A stretch of 64,000 nt of DNA, taken from the NCBI RefSeq assembly GCF_963921235.1, contig NC_086097.1, positions 86,802,001 through 86,866,000 of the forward strand. Reading direction: 5' to 3'. The notes under the pieces are model-generated. The model made no database searches. It was not told the DNA's origin and saw only the letters and a list, made by a program, of their open reading frames with translations. The translations under genes were made by a program, and so were the position numbers. This document shows positions 1 to 14,950 of this stretch, one piece after another; positions within the stretch are counted from its first letter, which is position 1, and each line of letters starts with the position of its first letter. The stretch is from Mobula hypostoma (taxonomy: Eukaryota).

Positions 1-1565
1 TTGTGTAATTTCAAGTCTGCAATCAAATGTTACTGGGAATCTCTCACTTTCTGTAATTTAAAGGTCTACTTCTTGTTTATAGGATCAAATTTTATACCAA
101 CCATAAGTAAATAAATATTGGCTAACTGCTGGTTGCAGTGTTGCTTGCAAAATGACCATTTGCAGAATGCTTTGAATCAAAAATTACTGCTTTCTTGTTA
201 ACTTATTGATTTAGATGATGATGACTTTTTCTGTACCTCAGAGTTTGTTGTGCAGCAGGCAAAATGAAACTCTTAGGGATACTGCAGGGTAGCTGAAAGC
301 TGGAATTAATATACATATAAAGAATAAGGAGGGTCAAGGGTATTTACTGTTTTGTTTGCTGTAGCATCTATCTGTAAAAGTTTGTAACAGATGAAGCCTA
401 TTCATCCTTTATGAATGTAATACTTCCACAAAGATTGTGCGCAGATCATAGTTGGATTTTTTTTTTACTTTTAAGTTAGTTGAGATCCTTATTTTGTGCA
501 ATTAGCACAAAGTGTGTGATTGCATGATGGGTTACTTTTTGAGCAGACACCAGAAATGTAGTTTCTGTACTGCTTTTTTTATGATATGATACATTTTTAG
601 CCAATACTTTAGTGACCACACATTCAGGAAGGCTGGAAAAGTAGCCTTCAGTAATTCAGACCATTAACACCTGGATATGGGTGGATATGTTGATGATTTT
701 GGGCACCTCAACGTTGCTTTCGGGGTCGTTCTGATTTCATTTAAGTAATTGTTAGATTACATAACTCCTTGCAGTCATTCTTTTCTAGGTTCTATTCACA
801 TAGGATTGGTCTTGACCAGAGACCCACATGAATTAATCAAAAAACATAGATGTTATTCATTACAATGCTTTGAAGTTCATTTATTTCAGCCAGAGGTTGT
901 AATCAACTGAATGACCAACATGGTGTCACCACTGTGATGATCTTGTCGTTCAGCCAGTTACTCCTTTTCCATTGTAAAATAAATTGTCCAGTTGCAAGTG
1001 AGAACAGATGGCCTGCTCTTTAGGAGCCTTGGGAACATTATATGAAGGAAAATGCACCCTAGTTTACTTACCTACCTCCAGGCGAATAAGCAAGGTAATC
1101 GTTGAGCACTGTTGATAAAAATTCCAAATTATTTGATGAGATTCTCATTCAAGGTCCAGCATCTACTCTTGTGATAAACCGGTTGTATTCCATGATGTAC
1201 TGAGATTTTACAGCAGAGTAATAAAGTAAATAAAGAATATGCTACCTTCATCCTTTTTTATTTGGCAAATAAAGATATGTATTGCTGGTTGTAGTTTAAT
1301 AGAAAATTGGATTGAACCCTGGAATTAAGTTCTCAAATTACATGTAGAATTTTCAGAATAAGGATCAAACCTAGCTTCATTAAAATAACTCGAAACAATT
1401 TGACTAAAAATTAGTGTTGTGGAAGTGCTGTTGCATTTGGTTGTATATCTCTTGTTATGTTTCTTATTATGCACAGGTTGCAAACTGGCCAAGTGAAGTA
1501 GATCAGTTCCAATTTCTGTGCTCTACATTGATTACCACAATAATGTACTGAAATAGTATGTCTGA

Positions 1566-1763
<198 letters not shown>

Positions 1764-1821
1764 TGACAAAATACCAACAAATTGCAAAATATATTATAAT
1801 TTCTTCATTTCATTTTAATAG

Positions 1822-1854
1822 AGTGTGCAGCCTGATTCTTCCTCTCCAAGACAT
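1822..1854 (+). CDS. PCNX1: PCNX1 33-nt micro-exon B (SVQPDSSSPRH)
   Basis: taatag acceptor, CAT|gtaagt donor; in frame after a 91-nt intron. Confidence 0.93.
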
Positions 1855-4469
1855 GTAAGTTTATCTGGTTTGTTCTTTAATAAACACCTGTTCTCTTTCT
1901 TTTTTCTGTTATTCCTTACCATTGATTTAATTTGATGTATGTCAGTGGGGAAACAATATTTCATTGCTATATATTGGTTATTTCTGCTTTTAGATAGGAA
2001 AAGCAGATAATCTTGTAGACGTATTTAAAACTATGGCTGTACTTTGCAATACAAAACTGAGCCATACTCAGTCACAGTTGTTTACAGTTAGCTTATTTCT
2101 CTGAAATGTCTAGACGATCAATAGTTGTTAAAAATGAATGCAAACATGTAAATACTTCATGTCCAGCTATTAAATCATTTTGTTCTCCCTTGCCATTCTG
2201 AACATAGAGACTTAAATATTGATATTTTAGACCAGAACATGTTATTGAGAGCTTTCATAAATTAAAAGATTAAAAGGCATATTAATTTATATTTTTTAAA
2301 TGGTAAGACACTAGGTTTGTTATTATCATAAGAAAATACTGATTAATATTCTGGTTAAAAAAAACTGGCTAGAATGCATTGTTTTAGGTTAAAATATGTA
2401 AAATATACAGATCTATATTTATAGATGTAAATATAAACAACATATAAAATATATTTCTATTACTTTTGTATGATTAAGGTTTTTTAAATGTGTTTTTATG
2501 GTGTTAAATTTCAACTGAAAGTATTAGTTTAAGCTCTGCCATTTGACTGGCTGGGTTTAAGCAATTCATTTGGTAAAGTACCCTATTTTTAGGGAAGATA
2601 GTCTAGAAATTACTGAAGTTGATGTCTTTTTAACTCTTTAATTCATAATTGGTTGACAAAAGGATGTTACCATTTAAGCAATTATGTCTGTGTGTTATTG
2701 GTGCTGTGTAGTTAAAAATTAGCAGAATAGATATTCTAGAAGAGCTATGTTTTAATCATTTCCTCTTCACTTTTCCCTTAAAATGTATTATTTAATGGCT
2801 TAAAACATTGATTGTTCATTACCGTCCATACCTGTTTTATGACTGAGTTCCTCCAGCAATTTTGTGTGTTGCTCAAGATTTCTACCAACTAGAATCTCTT
2901 GTGTTTACAATCTTCTGCGACCTGCTGTGCCCTCCCTCAGCTTGATGAATTGCCTTGAATCCTTTACTCTGAAGATCAAAGTCATTGGAATCTTCTAATG
3001 ATCATCTGGGCTGTTGCTGATAACTATTTGAACTCTCAGTTTGCTGCTCACTCTATGTCAGAGAGCCACCTAAACCACAAACCCCAAACTCAGAGAGAGG
3101 ACTTTTAGCCACTTTTCTCTCAACTTACATCAGCAGGCAGAAGACATGTTTGTAAGCTTTCCCAAAGTGGAGCCATTCATAGTCTGTATTTGTGCATTGC
3201 ATTCTCCTACAGGACTGCCTTGGGCATTCTTCAAACCACTTTTGTGTTGTTGGAGCACCCATTCATTCAACAGCAATGCTTTCCTCTAAATGGAAAAAAG
3301 AATATTGCTTGTATATCTGTCAGAAGTGGTTGCAGAGGTTTAACCCCACTTGTAAAATGTTGGCAGTTAACAACTTTCACTTAGGGGAAGTTATATTCTG
3401 ACTAATGTTTGTTCCAGTGACAATGTTACACAGAGAAACCACCAACAATTCCCTCTGTGAAACTTGCAATTGAAGATCTCAATCTTTAGGTGACATTTAT
3501 AAACAACAGTAGGGTGATCACCATCCTGTTTTTTGCTGATTCCTTTTTCTTCTTGTTATTTTAAGATACCATGTTACAGTGCTTCTAAATTCATTGAGGT
3601 CAAAAACTGAATAACTAAAAACTGCTGCTGTTGTAGTTTTATGAATAATGTAATATTTGATTTTCAATGCTTTGGATTCTCTCACTAGAAGCTGAAGACA
3701 AGTAAACTGAAGGATTGAAATAAACTTAGTGCCACTTGCCTTTAATTCAGATGTATTTGTTTCTCGGAATGCTCTTTGAATTGAGCATCTAATCTGAGCT
3801 GACACTTCAATGCTTTGCCAATGACATCAGCAGAGTGGATATGATGTTTTAGCTGCTGTGAGACATTAAGCTGTCATTCCAATGAAAAGGAAGATCCTGA
3901 AGAAGGATTTTGGCCCATAACATTGACTGTTTATTCATTTTCATAGATACCGCCTGACCTGTGAAGTTCCTCCAACATTTTGTGTGTGTTGCTTTAAACA
4001 ACTTGTACAGCATTGAGTGGTCAATTGAAAATTTCACAGATACTTTAAATTTATGAGGCCAGATAAATCTTTAGATCTCTAAATGTGATACCACAGTGTC
4101 TTAGGGCACCGCTATTTCTTTAGCTGAGTACTAATAAAATATTCTCTCCAGTCATTGAGATATTTTCAGTTACGTAGCTGATATTATTTTACTAAACTAA
4201 ATGCAGAAATTCTTGCAGAAATGCAGTGAATCTTGACCTGTATAATTCGCTAAATTTTATAATTATTTCCAGTGAGTCATCTGAGCAGGAAAAAAATTAA
4301 AAACCACAGCCTTAGTTGAAGTTAGTTACCCTTGTGTTGATGTAATCATTTCCCAGAAACAAATTGCCTAGAGAGCTGTCTTATCACTATGTACTTAGAT
4401 AGAATCATGCAGAGGCAGGTATGATGATTTTTGCCATCAGACTCTAATAATAACTCTAATTAACTTATA

Positions 4470-7400
4470 GGCAGCAGTTAGGGCAGTGGAGTGCTCCGTT
4501 TGCAGTATGTGGGAAGTCAGGGACAACACAATTGTCCCTGATGACTACATCTGTAAAAGGTGCATCCAGCTGCAGTTCCTGACAAACCAAGTTATGGAAC
4601 TGGAGCTGGATGAACTTTGGGTCATTCGTGAGGCAGAGGCAGAAATAAACAGGAGTTACAGGGAGATAGTCTCCCCTAAAAGTCAGGAGGCAGGTAGCTG
4701 GGTGACTGTCAGGAGAGGGAAGGGGAATAGACAAAATGAGCAGAGCACCCCTGTGGCTGTTCCCATCAGCAATAAGAGTACCGTTTTGGATACTGTTGGT
4801 GGGGACGACCTACCAGGGACAAGTTGTAGTGGTTGTGTCTCTGGGACCGAGACTGGACCTTCAGCTCAGAAGGGAAGGAGGGGAAAGAGGAGAGTGGTAG
4901 TGATAGGGGATTTGATAGTTAGGGAGACGGATAAGAGGTTCTGTGGAAGAGATCGAGAATCCCGAATGGTCTGTTGCCTCCCTGGTGCCAGGGTCCCCGA
5001 TATCTCAGATCGAGTTCTCAGTATTAAGAGGGAGGGTGAGCAGCCAGATGTCGTGGTCTACGTAGGGACCAATGACGTGGGTAGGAAGGAGGAGATCCTG
5101 CAAAGAGAATTTAGGGAGTTAGGTGCAAAGTTGAAGGACAGGACCTCCAGGTCTGCAGTCACAGGATTGCTACCCGTGCCACGTGCTAGTGAGGCTAGAA
5201 GCAGGAAGATAATGCAGCTAAATATGTGGCTAAGGAGTTGGTGCAGGAGGGAGGGCTTCATGTTTCTGGACAATTGGGCTTTGTTCCAGGGAAGGTGGGA
5301 CCTGTTCCGACGGGACGGTTTGCGCCTGAACTGGAGGGGGAACTAACATCCTTGCAGGAAGGTTTGCTAGTGCTGCTCCAGGGGGTTTAAACGAGATTTG
5401 TGGGGGGAGGGAAACCAGAGTGTTAGAGCAGATAGTGAGGTGGAGGAGGATAAAGGTCATGCGAGAACTGCAAGTATAGTGCATGGAGTAAAGCCAGATC
5501 AAACATATAAAGAGGCTTTGTGTAAGGAGAAGCAGCATATAGGGTGTAAAGGTAGGAAGGTAGAAGGGCTAAGGTGCGTGTACTTCAATGCAAGAAGCAT
5601 CAGGAACAAAGGTGTTGAACTGAGAGTTTGGATACATACATGAAATTATGATGTAGTGGCCATTACAAAAACTTAGCTGGCACCAGGACAGGAATGGATT
5701 CTCAGTATTCGTGGATTTCAGTGCTTTAAAAGGGATAGAGAGGGGGGAAAAGGAGAGGAGGGGGGAGAAAGGGGAGGAGGGGTGGCATTACTGGCCACAG
5801 ATACCATTACAGTTACAGAAAGGGTGGGTAATGTCTCAGGATCCTCTTTTGAGTCAGTATGGGTAGAAGTCAGGAATAGGAAGGGAGCAGTTACTCTTTT
5901 GGAAGTACTCTATAGGCCCCCTGGTAGCAGCAGAAATACCGAGGAGCAGATTGGGAGGCAGATTTTGGATAGGCGCAAAAATAACAGGGTTGTTATCATG
6001 GGTGACTTTAATTTCCCTAATACTGATTGGCACCTGATTAGTTCCGATGGTTTAGACGGGGCAGAGTTTGTTAAGTGTGTCCAGGACGGATTCCTGTCAC
6101 AGTATGTTGACAGGCCGACTAGGGTGAATGCCATACTAGATCTAGTATTAGGTAACGAACCAGGTCAGGTCACAGGTCTCTCAGTGGGTGAGCATCTGGG
6201 GGACAGTGACCACCGCTCCCTGGCCTTTAACATTATAATGGAAAAGGATAGAATCAGAGAGGACAGGAAAATTTTTAAATGGGGAAGGGCAAATTATGAG
6301 GCTATAAGGCTAGAACCTGTGGGTGTGAATCGGGATGATGTTTTTGCAGGGAAATGTACTATGGACATGTGGTCAATGTTTAGGGATCTCTTGCAGGATG
6401 TTAGGGATAAATTTGTCCTGGTGAGGAAGATAAAGAATGGTAGGGTGAAGGAACCATGAGTGACAAGTGAGGTGAAGAATCTAGTCAGATGGAAGAAGGC
6501 AGCATATGTGAGGTTTAGGAAGTAAGGATCAGATGAGTCTGTTGAGGAATATATGGTAGCAAGAAAGGAGCTTAAGAAGGGCCTGAGGAGAGCAAGAAGG
6601 GCACATGAGAAGGCCTTGTTGAGTAGGGTAAAGGAAAACCCCAAGGCATTCTTCCTGTATGTGAAGAACAAAAGGTTGACAGGAGTGAAGATAGGACCGA
6701 TTAGAGATAAAGGTGGGAAATGTGCCTGGAGGCTGTGGAAGTGAGCGAGGTCCTCAATGAATACTTCTTTTCGGTATTCACCAGTGAGAGGGAACTTGAT
6801 GGCGGTGAGGACAATATGAGTGAGATTGATGTTCTGGAGCATGTTGATATTAAGGGAGAAGAGGTGTTGCAGTTGTTAAAATACATTAGGATGGATAAGT
6901 CCCCGGGGCATGACGGAATATTCCCCAGGCTGCCCCACGAGACAAGGGAAGAGATTGCTGAGCCTCTGGCTAAGATCTTTATGTCCTCGTTGTCCATGGG
7001 AATGGTACCGGAGGATTGGAGGGAGGCAAATGTTGTCCTCTTGTTCAAAAAAAGGTAGTAGGGATAGTTCGGGTAATTATAGACCAGTGAGCCTTATGTC
7101 TGTGATGGGAAAGCTGTTGGAAAAGATTCTTAAGGATAGGATCTATTGGCATTTAGAGAATCATGGTCTGATCAGGGACAGTCAGCATGGCTTTGTGAAG
7201 GGCAGATCATGTTTAACAAGCCTGATAGAGTTCCTTGAGGAGGTGACCAGGCATATAGATGAGGGTAGTGCAGTGGATGTGTTCTACATGGATTTTAGCA
7301 AGGCATTTGACAAGGTTCCACACGGTAGGCTTATTCAGAAAGTCAGAAGGCATGGGATCCCGGGAGGTTTGGCCAAGTGGATTCAGAACTGGCTTGTCTG

Positions 7401-8436
7401 CAGAAAGCAGAATGTCGTGGTGGAGGGAGTACATTTGGATTGGAGGGTTGTGACTAGTGGGTCCCACAAGGATCTGTTCTGGGGCCTCTACTTATCGTGA
7501 TTTTTATTAACGACCTGGATGTGGGGGTAGAAGGGTGGGTTGGCAAGTTTGCAGACGACACAAAGGTTGGTGGTGTTGTGGACAGTGTAGATGATTGTCG
7601 AAGATTGCGGAGAGACATTGATAGGATGCAGAAGTGGGCTGAGAAGTGGCAGATGGAGTTCAACCCAGAGAAGTGTGAGGTGGTCCACTTTGGAAGGACA
7701 AACTCCAAGGCAGAGTACAAAGTAAATGGCAGGATATTTGGAAGTGTGGAGGAGCAGAGGGATCTGGGGATACATGTCACAGATCCCTGAAAGTTGCCTC
7801 ACAGGTGGATAGGGTAGTTAAGAAAGCTTATGGAGTGTTAGCTTTCATAAGTCGAGGGATAGAGTTTAAGAGTCGCAGGGTAATGATGCAGCTCTATAAA
7901 ACTCTGGTTAGGCCACACTTGGAGTACTGTGTCCATTTCTGGTCACCTCACTATAGGAAGGATGTGGAAGCATTGGAAAGGGTACAGAGGAGGTTTACCA
8001 GGATGCTGCCTGGTTTAGAGAGTATGCATTATGTTCAGAGATTAAGGGAGCTAGGGCTTTACTCTCTGGAGAGAAGGAGGATAAGAGGAGACATGATAGA
8101 GGTATACAAGATATTAAGAGAAATAGATAGAGTGGACAGCCAGCACCTCTTCCCCAGGGCACCGCTGCTCAATACAAAAGGACATGGCTTTAAGGTAAGG
8201 GGTGGAAAGTTCAAGGGGGATATTAGAGGAAGGTTTTTAGTCAGAGAGTGGTTGGTGCGTGGAATGCACTGCCTGGGTCAGCGGTGGAGGCAGACACTAG
8301 TGAAATTTAAGAGACTACTAGACAGGTATATGGAGGAATTTAAGATGGGGGGTTATATGGGAGGCAGGGTTTAAGGGTCGGCGCAACATTGTGGGCCGAA
8401 GGGCCGGTACTGTGCTGTGTTGTTCTATGTTCTATG
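4470..8436 (+). mobile_element. Near-full-length CR1-clade LINE, degenerate
   Basis: ORF1 4486..5346 (CxxC..CxxC, SGNH-esterase-like blocks); frameshifted ORF2 ~5570..8374 with APE motifs (GDFN, LDLV, SDH) and RT (FADD); 3' tail (ttctatg)n. Confidence 0.93.
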
Positions 8437-8914
8437 TGCAATGTAACTGGGAGACATTCTGAGTTGCATCTAAAATAGTTGCAGTCAGAAATTGCAACCA
8501 ATTGCTTGAAGTGTTTGGATATTTAATTTGCTGTTCATTGCATTACTCACGACCTAAGACTCTTTCCCCCCTCCCATCCAACAATATTAACATTTGTGTT
8601 GTTTGAGACCTGCTAGGTCTTGTCTAATAGCTTTAGTAAAGAGTATGCACCCTCCCAATGTGCTCTGGGAAAACTCAGAATCAGAATCAGGTTTAATATC
8701 TTTGTCACATGTCGTGAAATTTGTTGTTATGCGACAGCAGTACATTGCAATACATAATAATAAAATCTGTGATTTACAGTATGAGTAAAAGTTACATTAA
8801 ATAACTTTGTGCAAAAGAGGGGAAAATAATTATTGGGTCCTTCAGAAACATTTCCTGGTCAATGAGGATAGGTTCATCCTGTTCGTTTTAATTTTATTTT
8901 TATTTTTTATTTTG

Positions 8915-9145
8915 AGATACAGTACGGTAATGGCTATTCTAGCCCAATGAGCCTGTGCCACCCAATTAACCTACCAACCTGTCTGTATGTCTTCGCAATG
9001 TGGCAGGAAATCGGAGCACCCGGAGGAAACCTATGCTGTCAAAGGGAGAACGTACAAAATCCTTACACAGAGTAGCGAGAATTGAACCCAGTTTGCTGGC
9101 GCTGTAACAGGCTTGTGCTAACCAATATGCTGCCACGCTGCCCCA
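8915..9145 (-). mobile_element. tRNA-derived SINE (HE1/V-SINE-like)
   Basis: Reverse-complement similarity to the copy at 22451; CR1-like tail; boundaries approximate. Confidence 0.7.
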
Positions 9146-10144
9146 TGTGTGACTTGCATTTGCTCTTAGAGAGTCATAAAATTGTGCAGCATAACAATGG
9201 TCAAAAACAAATTGCTTGGTCAGGCAATAATTGTGCAGGGCAAGAAGTGGTCAATGCTGCCTGATCAACTGAGTCCTCTATCAATTTGCCTTTTTGCTAC
9301 AGACATGATCTCTCTAGCCTACCTTGTCCAAGCTGACCTGCTTGTTCATCTGCACTAATTTCATTCGCCTCCATTAGGGCTGCATCCTTCTATGTCTCCG
9401 TATTTTAAGTGCAGGTCTAAGTTCCTCTTAAAAAGTAATAATGTTTGATTTCATCACCTCTGCTGGTAACATATTCCAGAAATTAATCACATGACTTCAT
9501 AATATCAGGGAAATTTATGCAACTTCAGACACCATTGAACAGCCATCTGAAACTTTCCCAAATTAGGCAACACTGAGCAGCAAGTCGAAAACTTGTCAGA
9601 TACTTTAACCAGCAGAAGGGGACAGAATAGACAGGAGATGGTAAGCTCAAAGAACAAGGCAGTGGATACATATTTGGAAGGGGAGCATCAACTTGAGGGT
9701 GTGAACTAGCCCAGCTTTTTCCCTTGTTTCGTAAGGAAGAAGTCCTCTAGCTGCCTTTAAAGCAAAACACTATAGTCATTCGTGCTTATGCATCATTTCG
9801 GGCATCTGTGGGTGATGCCAAAGAGGATTTTGTACTTTGACCATGAAAAAACCTCAGCCTCTCGAGGGAGACAAATTGACTTTTGTGGGTAATATCAATG
9901 CCAGTGTTGGAAACAATGCAAATCTCTGGAAAGGTATAAATAAGCAGGAAGGCAGAAGGGAAAGCTCCAAATATGTTGTCTTCTGACAAATTACTGCAGT
10001 ACAGGCTAGACATAGGCAATGCCATGTTTTGCAAGAAGTATAACCACAAAACAGGCTATGTCATTGGTATATGCCATTGTCTGAATGAAAGTTTAAGAAT
10101 TTCTACATCAGACATGCCATAATATATATAGCTAGTAGATGTCA

Positions 10145-11002
10145 TAGTCATACTTTATTGATCCCAGGGGAAATTGGTTTTCGTTACAGTTGCACCATAA
10201 ATAATAAATTGTAATAAAACCATAAATAGTTAAATAGTAGTATGTAAATTATGCCAGTAAATTATGAAATAAGTCCAGGACCAGCCTGTTGGCTCAGAGT
10301 GTCTGACGCTCCAAGGGTGGAGTTGTAAAGTTTGATGGGCACAGGCAGGAATGACTTTCTATGACGCTCTGTGGCATCTTGGTGGAATGAGTCTCTGGCT
10401 GAATGTACTCCTGTGTCCACCCAGTACATTATGTAGTGGATGGGAGACATTGACCAAGATGGCATGCAACTTAGACAGCATCCTCTTTTCAGACACCACC
10501 GTCAGAGAGTCCAGTTCCATCCCCACAACATCACTGGCCTTATGGATGAGTTTGTTGATTCTGTTGGTGTCTGCTACCCTCAGCCTGCTGCCCTAGCACA
10601 CAACAGCAAACATGATAGCACTGGCCACCACAGACTTGTAGAACATCCTCAGCATCGTCCGGCAGATGTTAAAGGACCTCAGTCTCCTCAGGAAATAGAG
10701 ACGACTCTGACCCTTCTTGTAGACAGCTTCAGTGTTCTTTGACCAGTCCAGTTTATTGTCAATTCGTATCCCCAGGTATTTGTAATCCTCCACCATGTCC
10801 ACACTGACCCCCTGGATGGAAACAGGGGTCACTGGGACCTTAGCTCTCCCCAGGTCTACCACCAGCTCCTTAGTCTTTTTCACATTAAGCTGCAGATAAT
10901 TCTGCTCACACCATGTGACAAAGTTTCCTACCGTAGCCCTGTACTCAGCCTCATCTCCCTTGCTGATGCATCCAACTATGGCAGAATCATCAGAAAACTT
11001 TT
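10145..11002 (-). mobile_element. Rex1/Babar-type LINE 3' fragment
   Basis: ORF 10593..11009: KFSDDSAIVG...LNVKKTKELVVD...RLYFLRRLRSF; RT C-terminus plus 3' UTR. Confidence 0.85.
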
Positions 11003-12945
11003 TTGTCACATGGGATTGATTGTCACTTAATCCATTATGTTAGTCCTATCATTCTGGCCCAAGAATAACCACTGGAAAATTGAAGTCTCAAAGATTCTGT
11101 AATGAAAACTGTTCTCCCATTATGATCTGTAGATAAACTGGTGATTGTACCAGCAAGAACTGCAGTGCCTGGATTAACCAGAATTTTGTCAAAATCAGTA
11201 CCTGTGAAAAGGCCCATGTTATCTGTTCCAAGACTGATTTGATGAAATCCAGGACCTAATTAACTGCATCACAGGTGCTCTTGATGGGAAAACTTCATCA
11301 CACCTCAAAGTGTGATGTAACTCCTGAAGATCAACAGAAAGCTCATTGATACCCAGGACATGCATGATTCTTCTTCATTGTTGAGACTATCCACAGCCAA
11401 GAAGGATGAGAACTTAACAAAACTGGAGAGGTTGTCACCAACTGTTGGAACCAAACACTTTGAAGACCTCCTCTGCTGAGACTCTGTCCTTAACTCTATC
11501 CCACAGAGCACTGACCAGCCTACTGTCATTGTCACTCCATACTGACAAGTTTAAAAGGCTGTGTGGTCTCCTGTGTATTTTTTCTTGGGGACAGAGATGA
11601 TGAAGTATGGAGCAAATAAACTGCTGGAAAAACTTGGTGGGTCAGGCAGCAGTTGTGGCAGGAAATGGACAGTCAACTTTTCAGGCTGAGAAAGAGAACA
11701 AGGTGAAGAGAATTAGTGGAACAAAAGCTAGCAGGTGGTTGGTGGATCCAGGTGAGAAGGGCTGATAACCAGACTGAAAGAGGGAAGAATGGAAATATTA
11801 ACATAGGTGGCAAGGTGAGAGGTGGAAGTGAAAAGGGGCTGCAGATGATTGAATCTAAAAGGAAAGGAAGGTGGAGTATGGAATCAAATAAGGGGGTTGT
11901 GGTGGGCAGTTTCCATGTTCATTCCTGACTGCTTGAGCTTCTGCTGATAGTTCAGGTTTATTTCTATGTCCCACAGAGGTGCAGGTAGGTTAACTGGTAA
12001 ATTCACTCTTGGATGTAAAAGTTAAAAAAAAGTTAAGAATGTGCTGATGAGAAGTTAGAGTTATAGGGAAATAAAGGGGCCTCTTTCTGTGCCATGTGTT
12101 AATTAAAAATGACAGACCTTTGGGGCAAGGAGTGTCTCTGCCTAAAGATCTAATACTTATAGACAGGTATTTCCAACATAAATTCGAAACCTCATCTCTC
12201 ACATCTTGGAAACGAGGGGCATATCTGAGAACCTCAAAACTTATGATAATATTCAAGAAAGAATCTAACTACACAGACCCCATTCTGGGTTTTGATAGCC
12301 AGGTTAGCCCCAAATTAACATGTAGGTGAAGAGCAGGAAAATTAGGTAATTGTTCTGGGCTTAATAATGTGGTTAATCATTGAAGTTGATATCAAAATAG
12401 AGATCTAGAATTATCAACCTATAATGCCAAAGTTGGGAGTTCATTTCTTCACACAGCAACTTTGTTTTTTCATATCAATAAATGTTCATAATGTAACTAC
12501 ACTTTCATGAATTAATATTGGACACAGCGATTAATTGCTCTAATAAAGGCTGAGATTAAAAATCACTGTTTTTGCAATGTTAAAAAAGAAATTTTTATTG
12601 ATTTGATCTTCTTAAGAAATTATTTCTGCCTTTCTTTCACTCTAGCGTTTGAGTTACTTTTTTCAAGCATACAAATGTCCACATTTTAGCAGCCAAAAAT
12701 ACCACATTATTTTGTGGCCCCTGAAAATTCTGGGGTTGCAGGGGAGTTGTACTCCATGGTTCAAATTAGGACTTTAAAATTAGCTTGGAAATCTGATAGT
12801 TTTTAACATATGCCTTCCTGTTGCTGGGTTAAGATCAATAAATCATAACTAAAATGGTGTTTTTAAATTAATTAGGATTTAAATAAATAAATTTATTATT
12901 TAATTAAATTTGCTTCTTAAAACAGTTTGCTTTTATAGCTTTTAT

Positions 12946-14110
12946 AATCACAAACAAGAGAAGATCTGCAGATGCTAGAAATCCAAGCAACACACACAAA
13001 ATGCTGGGGGAGTTCAGCAGGCCAGGCAGCATCTATGGAAAAGCGTACAGTTGATGTTTCGGGCTAAGAACCTTCATCAGGACCCACCCGATCCTCCCGC
13101 CACTCCACTAGGGATAGAGTTCCACTTGTCCTCTCCTACCACCCCACCGGCCTCCACATCTAGCACATAATTCTTCATAACTTCGGCTATCTTCAGCGGG
13201 ATCCCAATTCTGAGCATATCTTTCCCTCCTGGCCACTTGCTGCTTTCTGCAGGGATCACTCCCTACACAACTCTCTTGTCCATTTGGCCCTCCCCACTGA
13301 TCTCCTTCCTGGTACTTATCTTTGCAAGCGGGACAAGTGCTACACTTGCCCCTGCACCTATTCTCTCACTACCATTCAGGACACCAAACAGTCCTTCCAA
13401 GTGAGACGACATTTCTCTTGTGAGTCTATTGGGGGGGGGGGGTCATCGATTGTTGGTGGTCCTGGTGTGGCTGTATATCAAGGAGACCGCTCAGCCGAGC
13501 ACCTAGGATCCGTCCACCAGAAAAAGCAGGATCTCCAAGTGGCCACCCATTTTAATTCCACTTCCCATTCCCATTCCAACATGTTGGTCTGTGGCCTCCT
13601 CTACTGTTGCGATGAGGCTATACTCCGGTTGGAGGAGCAACACCTTGTATTCCATCTGGGTAGCCTCCAACCTGATGGCATGAACATCGATTACTCAAAC
13701 TTCCGGTAATGACCCCCCCCCCCCCCCACGCCACACACACACCTTTTCTTTCAAATTCCCATTTCCCCCTCTCATCTTATCTCCTTACCTGCTGATCACC
13801 TCCCTTTGGTGCTCCTCCCCCTTTTCTTTCTTCCATGGCCTTCTGTCCTCTCCTATCAGATTCCCCTTTCTCCAGCCCTGTATCTCTTCCACCAAACAAC
13901 TTCCCCAGCTCTTTACTTCACTCCTCCTTCCCTTCCTGGTTTCACTTATCACCTTGTGGTTCTTCCTTCCCTCTCCCTACTCTCTTACTCGGACTCCATC
14001 TTTTTCTCCAGTCCCGATGAAGGGTCTCGGCCTGAAACAGTGACTGTTTACTCTTTTCCATAGATGCTGTCTGGCCTGTTGAGTTCCTCCAGCATTTTGT
14101 GTGTGTTGCT
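12946..14110 (+). mobile_element. Penelope-like element with inverted terminal copy
   Basis: GIY-YIG-type endonuclease remnant (ORF 13284..13709: GTYLCKRDKCYTCP...RRHFSCES...EHL); ~12987-13083 is an inverted copy of ~14011-14110. Confidence 0.85.
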
Positions 14111-14770
14111 TTTTTAATGTTCTCATTTCATAGTTTTTGAAGATTAGTATTTTGGTTTTTTCATTGGTTTTGACTTGGTAGAGTGCAGTATTACTGCCGC
14201 TTTTAACAGTGTACAGCAGTTTCTGCAGTGAATCAGCATGGAAGTATTTCAACACTGGAACTCCGTTCTGGTCTGACTTGGCAATGCAACCTTATGAAAG
14301 TTTTTGAGATGATATTCTCACAGTGCTCAATTTGAATCACATGGAATATAAGTCAATAATTACAATGCCCTAGTAACATATGAATGATCCTTTAATTAAA
14401 ACACTAAGTACCTCGTAGCCATCAATGGGGATTCTGCTCGTATCTAAAAGCCCTCATACACTCTATGGTACAATGTAAATATGCTGCATGTACACAGCTG
14501 TTTAGGCAGCGTCTGAAGGAGATGCAGGACAGAGCTGAAGCAAGGTCTTGCATCTGTGACACTAACTCTTCATCAGAAAATTGCATGCATTTTCAGCTTT
14601 GGTGTATTTAGTTTGTGTTAGACAGAGTATAATTCCAGCCAAGTAATATCATTGATGTCTTCTTGGCTTTACCGCATATTCTATTGTTGGTGTTAAGTTT
14701 CAAATCAGTAATACAGAGTCTCATCTACTTATAGCTAAGTGACAGTTATTCAATTTTTCTTCCCTTCTAG

Positions 14771-14950
<180 letters not shown>

